Source of the DNA: Catajapyx aquilonaris
Taxonomy: Eukaryota
Assembly: GCA_000934665.2 (NCBI GenBank)
Contig: JYFJ02003763.1
Location: forward strand, 1-37,841
Reading direction: 5' to 3'
DNA: 37,841 nt
Position 1 is the first letter of the stretch, and every line of letters begins with the position of its first letter. A program made the translations under genes and the position numbers. The notes below the pieces were generated by a model that was not told the origin of the DNA, ran no database searches, and saw only the letters and a program-made list of their open reading frames with translations. Positions 34,101 through 37,841 of the stretch are shown here, piece after piece.

Positions 34101-37086
34101 TTGTCCTGGTATATGCACTTCTGTACACAAAAGATGTGCCGCTGGTCGATCACATTTAAACAGAGAGCATCGGTCAATAGCCACTGCATTCATTTGTATT
34201 ACTGTAACGAGAACGGAATGCCATCGCCATTTTAACATCTGAAAATGTATCACTATGAGGAATCTGTATTGATGGTACCTTCACAGACCCATGTTGGACA
34301 GCAGCTGCTCTCTGATTTCTTTGAATAACAGTTCTTCTCAGATGGGGGTGTTAAGCATTGCACATATTCGCAGACATCAGCGTCAACTCTCAGAATGATT
34401 CTTTCTATTAAACATCAATGCTTAGTGATTCAGTATGACATCAGACTGATAATTTGGTACACCAATTCTCACATCTCAAAATAATTAAATGATAATTATG
34501 ATACATAACCAAGTTAAAGTCTTGTTGCATAAAATATAGCAGGTACATGATATTTTGGAAAGGCAAATAAAGTTGGTGCAGTGTGAATAAAACCAATTAC
34601 TGTGAAACTTTTATGGATTGTAAATACCTTGGCAAGTCCAGAGTGGGCAGCACTGGCCTGATAACTGTTCTTGAGTACATTCCAAATTAGAGGGAGGGGG
34701 CAAGCATTCAATGAGATTGCAGGTACGTATTTCAACTGATTTCATGTGAGGTTCTGTAAAATAAATTCTTTGCTTGTTACATTTTCATATATCTGTAAGC
34801 ATGCAAGGTAATAAAATTGTGATTCACCAAAAGTGAGGTTCACTCTTAAAAAGACAGGTAAAAAATACCTTGGCAATTCCATACTGGACAACATTGTCCT
34901 GGAAGTCCTATGCTGTTGCATTCTTGATCAGGAGGCGGGCGTTTACATACTGTATCACCACAAACATCCCTAGGAACCAGATCCATTTGTGTCTCTGTCA
35001 ATGACATATTTATTACAGGTTGTTGTTATAAAAGGGTTGCAATATAAATAATATACTGCTGTGCTATAAAATGATTTGACATCATACCAAAAACCCCACA
35101 TATTTTGGGCAATGTCATAATTAAAATTAATTTGCACTTTTTATATAACTTAATTAAACCTTCAGTTTAGTTGACATTCAAGGTATATACACGATAGTAA
35201 TGCATACTTTGGCAAGTCCAAACCGGGCAGCAGAGACCAGGATGTTCAACCTTTTCACATGTATAATCACTTTGAGGATTTACGCATGTCACATAGGCAC
35301 AATTTGCGATGATGACAGGAACAGTTTTCTTCTCTAAAATGAAACACAAAATTGGTGATAATTACAAATGCGAAGGTAATGCATGTTTTAAATACCTTGG
35401 CATTCCCATGCAGCACAGCATTGACTAGGTTTCTTGTTGCAGATATAATCTGGATTTGGTGGCTGGCATTTCCACAATTCACATTCACTTATTGCGACGT
35501 CTTTTACAATTGTACCTTTCGAAACATGTAAACGTGTATGAGAACAGTTCTCAACAAAAACTATTTGCACATTAAATGGTACCTTTGCATGTATATTCTG
35601 GGCAGCATTTTCCCTGAAGGTCACGCCGTTTACAGTTTTCAACATTTGGAGGCAACGTGCATTCAACCATGTCACACACTTGTAACGTTACAAGCACGTC
35701 ATCGGTTCCTGGAATATTTGGATTAATTACGTTTTGTTATAATACAGAATATCTGATAGTAACAGGCAGACAGGGTTTGTACTGCACAGCCTACTGTACT
35801 ATTGCAGCCAAACAGATGAAGACATTCCAACATGAGGGACTCTACATATTCGCTGGAAAGTCTTTAACAGTAATGTTTGTTTGTTTGATTGATTTTTTTT
35901 GTAATACCCGTGATAGGGCCAGGGGCTCTCTTAGAGGGGCGATTCCCAAGGGAGGGCGCTCTTAAGTAGTCATTTCTGACCCTCTTAAATACCAGACCTT
36001 TTCTCCTGGCCCTGGAGAGAGAAGGGAGTGCAAGTCTGTCCGGGCATGTCGGGTGAAAAGCGGAAAAAGACCCGACCAAGCGAAGGTGACGGGGACGAGA
36101 TTTGAACCCCGGACCTCCCGCTTGGCTGGCCAGTAGCATAGCCACTAGACCACTATGCCCCCCATAGGCCCCATTTCAACATTAATATGTAGTAACAGAC
36201 ATCATAATCTACACCTGCCTACACTATGGAAAAGTATGCTGAATATGATAGTAAATGTTCAGTTCTATAGTAAAGATATGCTCCATTACGTGTTAACCAC
36301 GCACCAACATAGACAGAATCGTTTGCCCTGACACCATTCTCTCTCGCATCACTAACAATCTTTAACTTTGCATAAACTCTGTAGTTTACTTTCACCCCAC
36401 CAAGCGGAACTAGATATTATCTAATGAGTCCTACTTTGGCAGTTCCACATTGGACAACACCGGCCAGGAAGCATTATTTGGTGGCACTGAAGATGTGAAG
36501 GTGGGTCCAGGCAAGTACTCGCATCACAGGATTCTCTCACGGTATCTGTAGTCTTTACCTCTGTTGATAATTTTTGGTTAATACATACATTGTTAAAATT
36601 TTTTGGAGGCGACTCCAGTCAATTAAATAAATGCAGGTAACATGCAAGAAAAATAATACTCATCCGACACTTGCGCATATGTGGGCCTATTACCTTCGCA
36701 AGAATAAATAGGGCAGCATCTCCCTTCTGATCTTGTCGTCGTGCAGGTGTACATGGAAGACGGTTCTAGGCATTTGGTTATGTCACATTCATTTACATTC
36801 GCTCCTATTTGATTCGTTTCTGAAATTATTGGTTTTAGATTTAGGTTTATAAATCTTAAAATGAACTAATATAATGTTTATAACATACTTTTGCAATGCC
36901 ACGTAGCACAACATGCTCCGGGCATAAAGTTCGGCTGGCATACATTAATTTCTGGAGGATTGATGCACTGCGAGCTGGCGCATTCGTCTATCTCAACTGT
37001 AAAATCATTAATATTTAATCATTATTAAGTTTTGCATTTTTCTATTCGAGTTTTCTTACGAGTGACAGATGCTTCGATGCTCGGAC
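25149..37086 (-). CDS. Gene B (5'-partial): paralogue of gene A, 38 Cys modules, 43 visible exons, ~1,986 aa visible
   Basis: Phase-1 exons: 37086-37060, 36996-36889, 36819-36694, 36560-36435, 35708-35583, 35515-35396, 35333-35208, 34994-34869, 34753-34628, 34404-34279, 34201-34076, 33989-33864, 33786-33661, 33596-33471, 33383-33258, 33200-33075, 33004-32750, 32675-32571, 32359-32057 (GC donor), 31991-31806, 31747-31616, 31557-31366, 31292-31161, 30914-30720, 30658-30527, 30461-30270, 30185-30054, 29988-29800, 29355-29224, 29164-28976, 28918-28781, 28719-28582, 28457-28356, 28295-28161, 28103-27972, 27910-27800, 26773-26639, 26568-26419, 26335-26207, 25921-25772, 25704-25564, 25506-25423, 25204-25149 (GDSGRGRGRGMQLPLMIG-stop). 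Position-matched exons share motifs with gene A (EEIMVDVA, ERDPC, GVPPCxLFPCK, RWxWSDxFxFKTxAG). No signal-peptide exon within the window. Confidence 0.87.
26838..27731. mobile_element. ~0.9-kb non-autonomous DNA element in a gene B intron
   Basis: ~80-bp imperfect inverted repeats 26838-26917 / 27653-27731 (TGACCCTTG.GT.GTC.GATCAT...GGTTTAATTAC.TCTCA.AAGAATA.CATTTGCGCGGT); internal direct repeat AAATTGGGAGGTAATTT; the matching intron of gene A is only 83 nt. Contains an N at 27637. Confidence 0.75.
35876..36163 (-). mobile_element. Full-length tRNA-derived SINE in a gene B intron (head resembles tRNA-Gly GCC)
   Basis: GGGGCATAGTGGTCTAGTGGCTATGCTACTGGCCAGCCAAGCGGGAGGTCCGGGGTTCAAATCTCG: A box TGGTCTAGTGG, B box GGTTCAAATC, ~200-nt body, A/(CAAA)n tail. 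Confidence 0.82.
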
Positions 37087-37841
37087 CTATGGATAAAAAG
37101 ATGAAAAATAATGCATTACTTAATGCATTACAAAGCCTCACTTGCTAATAACTATCGGATTTCATGTAGTGGAAGAAATAATGTACAGTGCAAAATGTAA
37201 TATTCAAGCATGACCATTGTCTGGTCTTTAGGACATCATAATAATGGGACCACAATGCAACTCTGCTAAATGTAATAGGCAAAATTGAAGCATAGGGACT
37301 GGCTGACAACAGACTGTACAGTAAGGGAGATCGAGGTCGGTTGTAACAGTTTTAAGTCTGGATTTTTTTAAATTCATTTACATATGCATTTAGTCAAATA
37401 TTTTTGACATGATGGGAATAGACAACATTCCTCTTTCTAAAATTAACATTATAAAATCTGACGATTAAAAATTGATAGCTTTATAAATATTTTCCCAAGG
37501 CAATGCAGAGTGTTACATCTGACCCTATCTTCTCGACAATTGTCTCATAGCCTACTTGATCCACCTAGATTACTATTTATCTCTCAATACACTGGAATTT
37601 ATTCAGCATATAAGTATTACAAGAAAATTTTTTATTCATATAAATTTTCGACAAACTGGTTATAAGTGGCTTTATTGCACAAAATAATAACTATTGCTAC
37701 TCTCAATATCCTGTGAGATATATAGCTGCAACATCTGTACACAGACTTGACATTTCTCTTATGATTTTACCATGTTACAACTGACCCCAAGGAAGTTGTT
37801 ACAACCGTCCCCATTGTGTGTTGCAGTGCCGTATCCAGGGG

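Noticed and set aside
36090..36163. Possible tRNA-Gly gene
   Set aside because: Acceptor and anticodon stems pair poorly and it continues into a body and (CAAA)n tail, so it is a SINE head.

Overview
AT-rich eukaryotic (invertebrate-type, mostly ~50-90 nt introns) genomic DNA carrying a tandem minus-strand cluster of three paralogous secreted-protein genes, all built from phase-1 exons. Gene A (16107->3025, 54 exons, ~2,427 aa by my manual splice model): signal peptide, Gly/Lys- and Gly-Met-rich N-terminal region, a furin-type REKR site created by splicing, 42 copies of a ~42-aa 6-Cys module (C-x4-C-x8-C-x8-CC-x4-C) interleaved in the C-terminal half with a Cys-free Trp/Tyr module, and an acidic + Gly-Lys/Gly-Arg tail. 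Gene B (5' end beyond the window, >=37086->25149, 43 visible exons, ~1,986 aa visible, 38 Cys modules) is exon-by-exon collinear with A. Gene C (23131->20235, 4 exons, 129 aa) is an N-terminus-only paralogue with no Cys modules. I do not recognise the family. The module resembles the C-terminal half of a VWC domain, and the block design suggests a secreted structural/adhesive polymer (inference). The rest is TE debris: a Gypsy-type gag-protease relic, two tRNA-derived SINEs, at least 8 MITE/foldback elements (Tc1/mariner-, Kolobok-, piggyBac- and Harbinger-like) concentrated at 19.4-25.1 kb, and microsatellites. All gene models were read by hand from GT-AG sites and frame continuity, without transcript evidence.
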